Positions 28,144 to 37,044 of a stretch of DNA of 64,000 nucleotides are shown here, one piece after another. The stretch comes from a virus. Taxonomy: Duplodnaviria > Caudoviricetes. The notes below the pieces were generated by a model. The model was not told the origin of the DNA, did no database searches, and saw only the letters and a list, made by a program, of their open reading frames with translations. Location of the stretch: positions 33,102 through 97,101 of IMG/VR virus record IMGVR_UViG_3300050514_000135. One strand, given 5' to 3'. Made by a program: the position numbers and the translations under genes. The number at the start of each line of letters is the position of its first letter. Positions within the stretch are counted from its first letter, which is position 1.

Positions 28144-28596
28144 TCAGTGCAGGTGGTTCTCCGACGCGGGGTGCGCCGGGCAGTGGTCGAGGTGGTGCGC
28201 GCACGCGGCCGAGCAGGCCAGCTCGAACTTCGAGCTGATCAGCCACTCGTGCGGGACGCTCGTCCAAGAAGTGGACCTCTTCGGGACGCTCACGCGATCC
28301 TTCAGGCCGCAGACGTTGCAGTACACGTCCACGCGGTCGTACTTCCGGTTGATGAAGTCGGCGAGCCAGTCGCCGACGGTGAACCGGACGACCACGAGCA
28401 GCGGCCACGCGAGCATGCCGAGCGTCATGACCAGGTAGTTCGTGCCCCGCGACGCCCAGCGCAGCGGCCAGCGCATGCCCTTCGTCAGGTGGATCGTCCG
28501 GCGGAGACCGGCCTGGATCTCCACCGTGTTCGAGGCTGCCGCGGTGAAGCCGACCACGCCGCCGAGCCAAGCCCAGAAGAGCGCCTCGCGGATCAC
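28144..28596 (-). CDS. Membrane protein with C-terminal Cys cluster
   Basis: Two TMs; CNVC...CSAAC. Confidence 0.55.
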   Translation of the reverse strand: MIREALFWAWLGGVVGFTAAASNTVEIQAGLRRTIHLTKGMRWPLRWASRGTNYLVMTLGMLAWPLLVVVRFTVGDWLADFINRKYDRVDVYCNVCGLKDRVSVPKRSTSWTSVPHEWLISSKFELACSAACAHHLDHCPAHPASENHLH

Positions 28597-28952
28597 GACT
28601 TCTGCTCCTTGAGCTTCTTGCGTGCCTGGCGCGCGCTGGCCGCGATCACGGCGTACCCGATCCGGTTCACGCCCTCCGCCGCGAGCCCGCCGGCGATGGC
28701 CTTCGCGCGCTCGGGGTTCTTCTTCACGAAGTCGCCGATCTTGCCGACGCCCTCCAGGAAGCGCTCGACGCTGACGACGGCACGCTCAGGGTCGCGCTCG
28801 ACTACCTCGAGCGTCTTGTCGGCGAAGTCGACGGCGCGGCCGATGCCGCGCGCGATCAGGAGTTCCAGCTCGCTCGGCTCGCGCTTTGGTTTCTCCGGCG
28901 TCGGCTTGCGACGCACGCTCTGCCCGTTCTTCTTTCGCTTGGGCTTCTTCAC
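28593..28952 (-). CDS. Hypothetical protein
   Basis: GTGA-coupled to the HTH gene. Confidence 0.6.
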   Translation of the reverse strand: MKKPKRKKNGQSVRRKPTPEKPKREPSELELLIARGIGRAVDFADKTLEVVERDPERAVVSVERFLEGVGKIGDFVKKNPERAKAIAGGLAAEGVNRIGYAVIAASARQARKKLKEQKS

Positions 28953-29116
28953 GCGTGAATCCTCAACTTCAACTGCTGCGCCGCCATCTTGATGCGCTCG
29001 ACGACCGACGCTCGCACTTTCTCACCGGCCACGTACTTGCGGACGGTGCGGACGTCGACCAGCGACTCGGCGGCGACGCGCCGGATCTCGATCTCGGTCC
29101 ACTTCTCGGTCGACAT
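28949..29116 (-). CDS. 55-aa LacI/Cro-type HTH regulator (missing from the ORF track)
   Basis: Manual translation MSTEKWTEIEIRRVAAESLVDVRTVRKYVAGEKVRASVVERIKMAAQQLKLRIHA; stop overlaps the next GTG. Confidence 0.7.
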   Translation of the reverse strand: MSTEKWTEIEIRRVAAESLVDVRTVRKYVAGEKVRASVVERIKMAAQQLKLRIHA

Positions 29117-29154
29117 CTGTGCGCAGTATGTGCAATATGCGCACAGATTGTCAA
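29115..29154 (-). promoter_or_regulatory. Sigma70 promoter overlapped by a palindromic operator
   Basis: TTGACA (29154-29149), 18 bp, CATACT (29130-29125), 8 bp, ATG; inverted repeat ATCTGTGCGCA at 29115-29125 and TGCGCACAGAT at 29138-29148. Confidence 0.8.
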
Positions 29155-29213
29155 CGACGGTGTGGAATCCAGCGACGGTTGCCGCGAAAACTGCTCGGGG
29201 CTACCGTGCCGCG

Positions 29214-29957
29214 ATGAGATACCTGCTCTTCCTCTTCGTCTTCTTGCTCGCGTGGCCCGCGGCCGCGACCCCGCTCAGCCGGGCCCTGTTCGTGGTCGCC
29301 CAGGCGCTCCCCGCGCCGTACGCGCCCCCGGACAAGGCCGAGACGGCCGCCGTGGAGCGCGCCGCGTTCCTGGGCAAGCTCGCCGGCGGGCTCGCCAGCG
29401 CGGCCCAGGAGGCCACCTGCGAGGGGGACTACGCCGCCGACTCCGAGTGCCGGCGCAAGTGGCCGGGGCCGGCCGAGGAGGTCGCCGCGTTCGCCCTGAC
29501 GCTCGGGTGGTTCGAGTCCAAGCTCGACCCGGAGGTGCAGGCCGGCCGGTGCGCCGTGTGGGGTCCGGCGCCGTCGCAGATCGGCTGCGACGGGCAGCTC
29601 TTCCGGTCCGGGTACGCGCCCCCGGCGCTGGTCGGCGTCGAGCGCAGGACCAAGTGGGGCCTCGTCGTGTTCACGTCGAACACGGTCTTCCAGGTGAAGG
29701 TCGCGACCAACGAGCGCGTCCGCGAGATAGTCGGCGACGGCGAGATGCACGTGTTCGAGGCGAGCCGCGAGGCGGTCAAGATCATCAGCTCGAGTCGCGG
29801 CAACTGCCGCGCGGCAGCGAGCTGGCCCGAGTGCGTGGCGACGTCCTACGCGGGGTCGTCGACGTTCAAGCAGGCACCGATCCGCGCCGCGATGTTCCGC
29901 AAGGTCCTGCCGAAGGTGCGGGCGGCGATGAGGGACCCCGATGCCCCCTCCGCGTGA
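29214..29957 (+). CDS. Secreted Cys-rich protein, possible lysozyme-like fold
   Basis: Signal peptide MRYLLFLFVFLLAWPAAA; WFESKLDP resembles a transglycosylase Glu motif; TACCGT -10 box 6 bp upstream. Confidence 0.55.
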   Translation: MRYLLFLFVFLLAWPAAATPLSRALFVVAQALPAPYAPPDKAETAAVERAAFLGKLAGGLASAAQEATCEGDYAADSECRRKWPGPAEEVAAFALTLGWFESKLDPEVQAGRCAVWGPAPSQIGCDGQLFRSGYAPPALVGVERRTKWGLVVFTSNTVFQVKVATNERVREIVGDGEMHVFEASREAVKIISSSRGNCRAAASWPECVATSYAGSSTFKQAPIRAAMFRKVLPKVRAAMRDPDAPSA

Positions 29958-30056
29958 CGACCGGTTCCGCGACGTGCTGCTCAACGAGGGCTGCACGGTC
30001 GCGGGCATCGTCCTCCTGGCGTTCGCGATCTCGCTCATGCTGTCGCTGACGATACT

Positions 30057-30611
30057 GTGGTGGCGATCGTGATCGAGATCTCCCGCCGGTCCTTCCTGCT
30101 CGGCACGGCGTCGCTGATCCCTAGTCGGGGAGTCGCCGCGCCGCCGGTCGACGGGACCGTGCTCATCGGCGACAGCCACGCCTACATGATGAACCGCGCC
30201 TTCCATGATGTCGCGCACGCCTACGACAGGCGCGTCGCGGTGGTCGCGCACGGCGGGTCGAGCGTGCGGCAGTGGCTCGTCAAGAAGTGGGTGCAGCGAG
30301 AGGTGCTCGCGAAGTACCCGGACGCGACGCTGCTCCTGGTCTCGCTCGGCACGAACTGCACGCGCTCGGAGCGACCGCGCCTCGCGGACGACATCCGGCG
30401 CCTGGTGTCCGAGAGCGGCGTGAGCGTGTCGTGGCTCCTGCCCCCGCCGATGAAGTTCGACACGACGTACCTGCGCGACGCCGTCAAGCAAGTCACCGGC
30501 GTCTTCCCGATCGACCCAGGACCTCTCCCGATGCTGCGCGACAAGATCCACGCGACGCCGAAGGGCTACTACATGTGGGCGCAGACGATCGCCGACACGC
30601 TCTGGTCGTGA
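30057..30611 (+). CDS. SGNH/GDSL hydrolase with a Tat-like signal
   Basis: SRRSFL; IGDSHA, G, LGTN, DKIH blocks. Confidence 0.8.
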   Translation: MVAIVIEISRRSFLLGTASLIPSRGVAAPPVDGTVLIGDSHAYMMNRAFHDVAHAYDRRVAVVAHGGSSVRQWLVKKWVQREVLAKYPDATLLLVSLGTNCTRSERPRLADDIRRLVSESGVSVSWLLPPPMKFDTTYLRDAVKQVTGVFPIDPGPLPMLRDKIHATPKGYYMWAQTIADTLWS

Positions 30612-30612
30612 C

Positions 30613-30783
30613 TCACGTCAAAGGGCGAGCCCAGAACACGCCGGCGTCGTCGACCGCGACCTCGTACTTCTTCTGCTCGTGATTCACGAAGCCCAGCCAG
30701 CGCACCTTCCCTGTCGGGCGCTGGGGTTCATCGGGGCCCGGCTCGTGCGGGCCCTCGTGACTGCCGTTACCGTAGAGCAGCAC
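30613..30783 (-). CDS. 56-aa hypothetical protein containing VRWLG (missing from the ORF track)
   Basis: Manual translation from the GTG just after the 30786 stop: MLLYGNG...GKVRWLGFVNHEQKKYEVAVDDAGVFWARPLT. Confidence 0.45.
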   Translation of the reverse strand: MLLYGNGSHEGPHEPGPDEPQRPTGKVRWLGFVNHEQKKYEVAVDDAGVFWARPLT

Positions 30784-30785
30784 GA

Positions 30786-31079
30786 TCAGGTCGGCGTGTA
30801 GAACGCGCCGAGCGCCGAGCGGAGACTCTGCTCGCCGTCGACCGTGCGGAACTCGCCCGTGTCGGTCCCGAGCGCGGCGGTGCGTGTGATGAAGCGCCCG
30901 ACCTTGGAGTGGAGCGACTGCTGACCACCGACGGACATCGCCGAGGAGTGGAGCGCGGCGGCGTCGGGCAGGAGGTGCGTGTCGAGCAGCGCGGCGCGCA
31001 TGTAGTGGCGACCGAGCGGCGAGTGGAGCGAGATCTCGCCACCGGCCGCTTTCAGGAGACTGAGGTGCTTGCTAGCCAT
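30786..31079 (-). CDS. Small protein made of GGExSLHSxLG repeats
   Basis: GGEISLHSPLGRHY / GGQQSLHSKVGRF / DGEQSLRSALGAFY; TAGACT -10 box upstream. Confidence 0.7.
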   Translation of the reverse strand: MASKHLSLLKAAGGEISLHSPLGRHYMRAALLDTHLLPDAAALHSSAMSVGGQQSLHSKVGRFITRTAALGTDTGEFRTVDGEQSLRSALGAFYTPT

Positions 31080-31089
31080 GACCCGGAGT

Positions 31090-31386
31090 CTACTCCTTAT
31101 CCGCGGCCGGGCACAGCCCCGCGGCGCGGTTCCGGCGCAGGATGCGCACCCAGCGCGCGAAAGCGTGCGCCACCGCCTTCGTGACCGAGCCCGTGCCGCT
31201 GCACCACTTGCAACCGAGGTTCACGTCCACGGTCCGGTAGGCGCCGTCGACCTCCACGACTCGCTTGACGGCCCGGTGACCGCGCCCGCCGCACGGGTCG
31301 CACGGGCAGAGCGTGTCGCGGTGCGCCTCCGGCTGCTTCAGCCGCTCGAGTTTGAAGCGGTCGCTGTCCTTGCGTCGCTTGCCCAC
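31090..31386 (-). CDS. DnaJ-type Zn-finger small protein
   Basis: CDPCGGRG...CKWCSGTG. Confidence 0.6.
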   Translation of the reverse strand: MGKRRKDSDRFKLERLKQPEAHRDTLCPCDPCGGRGHRAVKRVVEVDGAYRTVDVNLGCKWCSGTGSVTKAVAHAFARWVRILRRNRAAGLCPAADKE

Positions 31387-31395
31387 GGCCGGAGT

Positions 31396-31656
31396 CTAGT
31401 CCGTTTTTTTCTTTGGGTCGGGCACTTTCTGGACGCCGCTCGGCGTCAACTTCTGCGAGACCCGCTCCATTTTTTGGGAGCTCGCTCGGATCTTCTGACG
31501 CGCTAGCTTCATCGCCTCGTGCGGGTCCGTCTCGCGGATCGCCTGCACCTCGGACGTGACGGGGTCGTCCTCGTCTTCTTCGTCGACCGGAATGATCGGC
31601 CTCACCGAGGGGAATGGGTCGGGTAATTCAAGAGCCGGGTCCGTTGCCATGTCCAT
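31396..31656 (-). CDS. Hypothetical protein
   Basis: GAGGAGG RBS; coupled to the upstream gene. Confidence 0.55.
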   Translation of the reverse strand: MDMATDPALELPDPFPSVRPIIPVDEEDEDDPVTSEVQAIRETDPHEAMKLARQKIRASSQKMERVSQKLTPSGVQKVPDPKKKTD

Positions 31657-32024
31657 CACCTCCTCATTCGCTGCTCCTTGAGCGTCCTCATGATCTCGTT
31701 CGACTCGTTCAGTGCCTGAGTCGTCTCTTCCAGCTTTTCGGAGACGAGCTTCAGCGTCTCGCGCGACGTCGTCAATTCCCCGGTCACCTGGACCACGACG
31801 GCGTTCGTCTTGTCCGCTAGCTTCAACATCTCGCCCGTGTTCGCCTTCGCGTCGTCGAGTCTCGCCTGCTTCTCGGACAGAAGTTTCATCGTTAGCCAGA
31901 CCACGACGCTCGCCAGGACGACGATTGCGAGGCCCGGCAGGCCGGACGTCGCCAGCTTCTCCGCCCCCGACGCGATACCGTCCGGCGTTTGGAGGAAGCT
32001 TAGGCTTGTCAGCCACAGCGTCAC
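31656..32024 (-). CDS. Holin-like single-TM coiled-coil protein
   Basis: GLPGLAIVVLASVVVWL TM plus coiled coil, directly downstream of the endolysin. Confidence 0.55.
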   Translation of the reverse strand: MTLWLTSLSFLQTPDGIASGAEKLATSGLPGLAIVVLASVVVWLTMKLLSEKQARLDDAKANTGEMLKLADKTNAVVVQVTGELTTSRETLKLVSEKLEETTQALNESNEIMRTLKEQRMRR

Positions 32025-32851
32025 GCGGCCTCGGGGAGCGTCGCTGCCTCGACCTCTGCCGCGGCCCACGTCTTCGCCCCTACCACCCCGTCCACTTTGA
32101 GTGCCTCGCCCGTGACGACGTCCTTGTGCTTGCCCTGCCACGCGATCGTGGCGAGCTCGGTGAGCGGTCCGAAGGCGCCGTCCGCGACGATGCCGAGGAA
32201 GCGCTGCCAGTCCTTCACGGCGGTGCCGAACGAGCCGCGGCGCAGCGTCGGCTGCTTCGGCGCGTTGAAGACGCCCTGCGCGACGCGCTTGAGTTTCTGC
32301 ACGACCGTGGGCTGGCCGCTCGGGAACGGCTCGCCGAGCTCGTCGCAGCGGCGCTTGATCGCGGCGGAGAGCGCTTTCATGTGGTTCGTGATGCGATCGG
32401 CGACCGTCTTGCCAAAGCCCTCATAGTAGTGGTTCGCGTGCATGCCGGAGCTGACGCCCCAGAGGTCGCCGCGCGCGCAGGCATCGAGCACGTTGTTCTT
32501 CGGCTTGCTCGCCGTGCCGACGATGTAGCGCTCCATGTCCGCGCAGGCGTCGACGTCGTTGCTGTAGCTACGGAAGCAGACCGAGTACGTCGTGGACGTG
32601 CCGTCCGCGTTCGGGTGCGTGTCCTTGTAGAGGAACGAGGTCTGCGCGTCGCACGGGGGCACGCCGGCTTGCACGGCCCCGCGGTTCCTCGAGATCCTGC
32701 CCTCGACGCTGCTCCAGCCTCGTCCGTAGCGCGTCTCGAGAAAGTCGACGCCCTGGCAGACCTGCGACTCGACCAACGACGGCGGGCGCCCGAAGTTCCG
32801 GTTGAACCCGAGGTCGATGAACACCTTCTCGTCGGCGTGGATGCCCATCAC
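32021..32851 (-). CDS. Endolysin with a C-terminal peptidoglycan-binding domain
   Basis: PG_binding_1 pattern LRRGSFGTAVKDWQRFL..ADGAFGPLT...VDGVVGAKTW; N-terminal ETRYG..W..N.GA catalytic-like region. Confidence 0.82.
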   Translation of the reverse strand: MMGIHADEKVFIDLGFNRNFGRPPSLVESQVCQGVDFLETRYGRGWSSVEGRISRNRGAVQAGVPPCDAQTSFLYKDTHPNADGTSTTYSVCFRSYSNDVDACADMERYIVGTASKPKNNVLDACARGDLWGVSSGMHANHYYEGFGKTVADRITNHMKALSAAIKRRCDELGEPFPSGQPTVVQKLKRVAQGVFNAPKQPTLRRGSFGTAVKDWQRFLGIVADGAFGPLTELATIAWQGKHKDVVTGEALKVDGVVGAKTWAAAEVEAATLPEAA

Positions 32852-33357
32852 GTCACCACGACGACGTTCTTGCCCTGGTTCGGGTCCCAGTAGCGGCTCG
32901 CGACGCGGTCACCGTTGTCCCACTCCCAGTTCCACTGCATGCTCGAGTCCGGCGGCCACGAGACGGCCCACGGCGGCGCGATGCACACCTCGCCGTGCGA
33001 GATCCACGTCTTGTTGTTGTTGAAGGCCCAGAAGAATAAGAACTGATCCCATTGCTGAGCGAGGTCGCGCGTGCTGAGCGGGCCTCCGTACAAGCGCCAA
33101 CGCGGGCGCACGTTCGGGTCCTGCAGCGCGAGTCGCTGCTCGGGCGACATCGAGTTGTAGAGCACGGTGTCGATCAGGATGCCGCGCACGAACGCGCTCG
33201 AACTCGCGTCGCAGGGCAGCCCGTTGCCGGCTGCGACGAACCCGCGCGGCAGGCCGAGTCGGCCGTCTCCCGCGTCCTCGGGCGCGCGGAGTATGTCCGC
33301 CGGCGGCGCGGGCGGCGGAACGAAGTCACCGGGTGTGATCCAGTCGACCACGATCAC
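32848..33357 (-). CDS. Hypothetical Trp-rich protein
   Basis: GTG at 33357 after AAGGA; overlap-coupled. Confidence 0.6.
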   Translation of the reverse strand: MIVVDWITPGDFVPPPAPPADILRAPEDAGDGRLGLPRGFVAAGNGLPCDASSSAFVRGILIDTVLYNSMSPEQRLALQDPNVRPRWRLYGGPLSTRDLAQQWDQFLFFWAFNNNKTWISHGEVCIAPPWAVSWPPDSSMQWNWEWDNGDRVASRYWDPNQGKNVVVVT

Positions 33358-33608
33358 TCCTTGTTGATCGGCGTGCGCGCGAGCCACTCGTCGTCGAGGT
33401 GGTTCGTCTCGATATACGCGACGGCGCCCTTCAACGCGCGCACCCACATCTTGGGGTCGACGACCTTGCCGCTCGTCATGGCGAAGTCGAACATGTCGAC
33501 CATGATCGGCGCGATGTGGTCGGCGACGACGGGCTCGGTCTCCGCGAGCGTCGTGAGCAGGTTCACGAGCGGGAGCAGGTTCGGTTGGATCGGTACGGGC
33601 ACGCTCAT
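33354..33608 (-). CDS. Hypothetical protein
   Basis: ATGA-coupled. Confidence 0.55.
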   Translation of the reverse strand: MSVPVPIQPNLLPLVNLLTTLAETEPVVADHIAPIMVDMFDFAMTSGKVVDPKMWVRALKGAVAYIETNHLDDEWLARTPINKE

Positions 33609-33886
33609 CGCGGTGGCTCACTTTCCTTGTCGCAGCGGACCCAGGTCCGGATCTCCTCCTTGAACCGCGCGTCCTCCGCCTTGCGCTCGGGGCAGTCCGG
33701 TCCCTGGCCCACGCACTTCATCGCGAGCCGCGCCTCGTGCGCGGCGACGACCTTGCCGAGGTCGGCCTCCGTGCACGGCTCCTGCGATGTCGCGCCGCAA
33801 CCCGCGCTCGCGCCGGTGAGTCCGTACAGCACACCCATCGTAAAGAGATAGGCGCCGAGCAGGGCTGGAAGTTTCACTCTTGACAT
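33605..33886 (-). CDS. Putative lipoprotein in the lysis region
   Basis: Hydrophobic N-terminus ending SAGC (lipobox-like). Confidence 0.55.
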   Translation of the reverse strand: MSRVKLPALLGAYLFTMGVLYGLTGASAGCGATSQEPCTEADLGKVVAAHEARLAMKCVGQGPDCPERKAEDARFKEEIRTWVRCDKESEPPR

Positions 33887-33896
33887 CCTACCACAC

Positions 33897-34136
33897 TCAT
33901 TCCTCTTGCTTTTTCGCGGGGATGCGGATCTGACCGGTGACGCGGCGGGCGCGCTCGAGGTCGTAGGCGAGGCCCTTGAGCTCCTCCTCGAACGGCGTGA
34001 TGGGTCCTGCCTGCCACGGTTTCTTCTCAGCCCACGCGACGACGGCGTCGACTATCGCGCCCTCGGCGCGTCGGATTAGCTCGGACTTTGGGTCGCTCAC
34101 GCGTAACAAGATAGGCGCCGCCGGCGAGCCCGGCAA
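33897..34136 (-). CDS. Hypothetical protein (start probably near 34100)
   Basis: Plausible helical ORF; overlaps the 3' end of the upstream gene. Confidence 0.4.
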   Translation of the reverse strand: MPGSPAAPILLRVSDPKSELIRRAEGAIVDAVVAWAEKKPWQAGPITPFEEELKGLAYDLERARRVTGQIRIPAKKQEE

Positions 34137-34851
34137 TCACGCCGAGCGTCAGAAGCGGCGACGTGCCGCTGGCTGCCCCACTGCTGACCGACGCGCCCGA
34201 CAGCCAGGGCAGGACGTGCGCCTCGCTGACCGGCGCGAGGAGCTTGCCCAGCGACTGGTGCGGGTACTCCGCGTCCTTGTAGCGGTAGTACCAGAGCGCT
34301 CCCTGGTTGAAGACGCCCTCGCCCGGCTTCGGCATCGGAGGGACGGCGCTCGCGGCCGGCAGATCGATCAGGCCGGCGGGCTTGAGCACGGCCTCGCGGA
34401 AGGCGTAGTCGCCGTTCATGTGCGAGTCGGTGGAGCCCTTGTCGCTCGTCACACTCACGAGATTGAACTTGCCCGCCGCGGCGTCCTTCGCCGCCTTCTG
34501 GTAGCCGGTGTAACCGGAGCCGAACGTCGAGTCCATGAGCACGACGCCGGCGACGTCGCCGCGGTCCGCGTCGTTGTTGAGAAGAGGGCTTACGAACCCG
34601 AGGCCCGCCGAGTAGCTCACGAAGACGAGCTTGCCGTCGATGCCGTACTTCTTGCGGATGTTGGGCGTGACGCGGCCGGAGCCGTCCTTGAACGAGCTGT
34701 AGAAGTTCGCGTACGCCGTCGAGCAGTACTTGTCCTCGCCGCCGCACACGAACCCGAGCGAGGCGGGGTCGAGCCCCACGAGCTTCGTGCCGGCGGGCCA
34801 AGCGACCTTCGAGGGAGGCGTCGCCTTCAGGAACAGCACGCCGTCGGTCAT
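34027..34851 (-). CDS. Tail-anchored alpha/beta-hydrolase-fold protein
   Basis: VSYSAG elbow, VVLMDS, PHQ; C-terminal TM then VRANP and poly-Arg. Confidence 0.65.
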   Translation of the reverse strand: MTDGVLFLKATPPSKVAWPAGTKLVGLDPASLGFVCGGEDKYCSTAYANFYSSFKDGSGRVTPNIRKKYGIDGKLVFVSYSAGLGFVSPLLNNDADRGDVAGVVLMDSTFGSGYTGYQKAAKDAAAGKFNLVSVTSDKGSTDSHMNGDYAFREAVLKPAGLIDLPAASAVPPMPKPGEGVFNQGALWYYRYKDAEYPHQSLGKLLAPVSEAHVLPWLSGASVSSGAASGTSPLLTLGVIAGLAGGAYLVTRERPKVRANPTRRGRDSRRRRRVG

Positions 34852-35474
34852 CGAGCACCCGGCTTCACTCGCACGGTCGCCCACACGATCCCGACGCCGA
34901 CGGCGACGATCGCTAGTCCCGAGAGTATGCCCATGCCCGAACCTCCCGGCCCCGTCGCGCCCGCACCGGCGAAAGCCTTCTCCAGGTACTCCTGCCTGAC
35001 CTTCACGCACTGCTCGTACGTGACGCCGCTCGGGCAGACCGAGGTCGGCACGGCCTGCGCGCCGTTGAACCCGAAGTGGTAGTGGCCCATGTCGCCGCAC
35101 GCGCCGAATTGCTTCCAGCGCCCGCCCCACACGCCGCCTTGCGATTCCCACCACTCGCCGAGCTTCGTGTGCGTCTCGCACGTGTTCGGGATGAGGTCGA
35201 GGTCGATCGCGTGACCGAGCGTGTGCATCGAGCGGCAGAAGTCCGCCTGCGAATAGCCGAGGTCGACCTGCTCCTGCTGCGCCGAGCACGTGCGACCTAC
35301 GGAACGGATCTTCGGCGACCAGCCGTGCGCGGTGGCGTACGCGATCAGCGCCTCGACCTTGGGTCGCACCGCGGGCACGAGGTCGTCGAGCGTCTTGGTC
35401 GGCTGGAAGAGTTCGACCGTCGCCGCTCCGAGCCACTGCACTCGCGCGCCGCGCTTCACCCACTGCACGCTCAT
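34848..35474 (-). CDS. Tail-anchored M15-family peptidoglycan peptidase with WLG leader
   Basis: GRT...Q, SMHTLGHAIDL, WGGRW...DMGHYH; leader MSVQWVKRGARVQWLGA; C-terminal TM. Confidence 0.82.
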   Translation of the reverse strand: MSVQWVKRGARVQWLGAATVELFQPTKTLDDLVPAVRPKVEALIAYATAHGWSPKIRSVGRTCSAQQEQVDLGYSQADFCRSMHTLGHAIDLDLIPNTCETHTKLGEWWESQGGVWGGRWKQFGACGDMGHYHFGFNGAQAVPTSVCPSGVTYEQCVKVRQEYLEKAFAGAGATGPGGSGMGILSGLAIVAVGVGIVWATVRVKPGAR

Positions 35475-36472
35475 AGGAGGAAGTACCAGACTGCGGCAGC
35501 AACCGCGGCGAGGCCCCCGACAACGACGACCGGCGACGTCCCGGAACCGGAGGACGAGCTCGACCCGCCGAACAACTGGTCCGAGAGGTCGGGCACGCCC
35601 GGGACGAGGTTCCCCTTCGGCCACTTCACGGTCGCGTTCAGCTTGTCCATGTACGCCTTGGCGAGCGTCGTGGGAGCGTTGGTGGGGCAGCTGAGCTGCG
35701 GCTCGTTCGTCGGCGCGCCGCGGATGAAGTACTCGCAGTCCTTCTTCAGCTTGAACTTCTGGAACGCGATCTCGTCCTGCCCGACCGCGGACCAGTCGAT
35801 CGGCTCGCCCGGCGCGGCGACCGGGCCGATGTAGCCGTTGTAGTAGACCGCGTAGTTGTAGTCGGTGCAGGTGAACTTCGAGTTGACGACGCCGATGTTC
35901 TTCGCCGCGCCGCACTCCTTGATAGACGTCGGCGTGAGCGTCTGCTCGCCCGCGGCGTCGTAGCTCTCCTTCGACTCGAGGTACCGCACCTGCCTCGGTG
36001 CCCAGCGCGAGTTCACGGGCGCCGGCGGACAGCCCGCCGCGGTCAGCGAGGCGTCGCTCGCGAGTCCCTTCGTGATCGCGAGGTCGCGCATCGTGAGGTA
36101 GGCGCGCACCGAATAGATCGCCCGGGCCGAGACCTTGGCCTTCGCCCCGACCGAGGACATCGTGTCGACGACGAGGTCCTCCATCGTGGAGCCGTGCGCG
36201 ACCGGGATCTTGCTACCGATCCACTCGCCGATGATCCCACCGATGATCCCGCAACCGACCGCGACTGCGGGGCCGGCCGCCGCGCACAGTCCAGCACCGG
36301 CGATCGTGCCGCCGACCTTGCCGTACGCCTTGAGAGACTCCTCGTCGATCGCGCCGCGCCGCGCGATGACCTCCTTCGTGAGCGCGTTGTTCTCGAGCTT
36401 GTCGTAGCCCGTGTATGCGCCGACGCGCCCGAGCCAGAGCACGCGCCGCGGCCTCACCCACTCGACGTTCAT
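35471..36472 (-). CDS. Membrane protein with WLG leader and glycine-zipper
   Basis: MNVEWVRPRRVLWLG; GxxxG zipper; C-terminal TM. Confidence 0.7.
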   Translation of the reverse strand: MNVEWVRPRRVLWLGRVGAYTGYDKLENNALTKEVIARRGAIDEESLKAYGKVGGTIAGAGLCAAAGPAVAVGCGIIGGIIGEWIGSKIPVAHGSTMEDLVVDTMSSVGAKAKVSARAIYSVRAYLTMRDLAITKGLASDASLTAAGCPPAPVNSRWAPRQVRYLESKESYDAAGEQTLTPTSIKECGAAKNIGVVNSKFTCTDYNYAVYYNGYIGPVAAPGEPIDWSAVGQDEIAFQKFKLKKDCEYFIRGAPTNEPQLSCPTNAPTTLAKAYMDKLNATVKWPKGNLVPGVPDLSDQLFGGSSSSSGSGTSPVVVVGGLAAVAAAVWYFLL

Positions 36473-37044
36473 GTCACCCACCAAGCGACTCCGACGATCG
36501 CGGCGATCAAGAGCAGGGGAGCGATCGACTGCTTGGCGCCGGTCGCGATCGTCGGCGGATTGAGCTGCTCCTTGATAGACGCGGCCCAGGTCTTGTAGCC
36601 GTCACCGGTCGGGTGGATGCCGTCATCCTTGGCGACGGTCGGCTGGTCGATCGTGCGCGCGTTCGCGGCGATGACCGCCGCGATGAGCTCGGGGTACTCC
36701 CACGGGAGCTTTCCCGGCATGAGCCAGACGACCTCAGCGCCGGAGCCGCGGATCTTCACCGCGAGCTCGTTGACCTGCGCCTTCAGCGTCGCCGCGGGTA
36801 CCTTCCCCTTCGTGTCGTTGCTGCCCAGCGAGACCAGCACGCGCTTAGGGGTCAGCGCGAGCGCCGTCGCGAGGTCGGCGGACGCGAGCCACTGCGCGAC
36901 CGTCGTCCCGGTCTTGGCGAACGCCTGGAAGGGCTCCGGCGCCAGCGCCTCCTTCAAGGGCACGGCGAGGCCCACGGCGAGCGAGTCCCCGATGAGCACC
37001 GTGGGCTTGTCCCCGACGGCCCCGAGCCACTGCACGCGCGCCAT
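36469..37044 (-). CDS. Tail-anchored SGNH hydrolase with WLG leader
   Basis: MARVQWLG; IGDSLA, SLGSND, DGIHPT; C-terminal TM. Confidence 0.82.
   Translation of the reverse strand: MARVQWLGAVGDKPTVLIGDSLAVGLAVPLKEALAPEPFQAFAKTGTTVAQWLASADLATALALTPKRVLVSLGSNDTKGKVPAATLKAQVNELAVKIRGSGAEVVWLMPGKLPWEYPELIAAVIAANARTIDQPTVAKDDGIHPTGDGYKTWAASIKEQLNPPTIATGAKQSIAPLLLIAAIVGVAWWVT

Noticed and set aside
30613-33357. VRWLG in 30613..30783 and VVDWITP...GRLG in 32848..33357 as members of the WLG-leader family
   Set aside because: Partial matches in proteins without a TM; could be chance, so not counted as members
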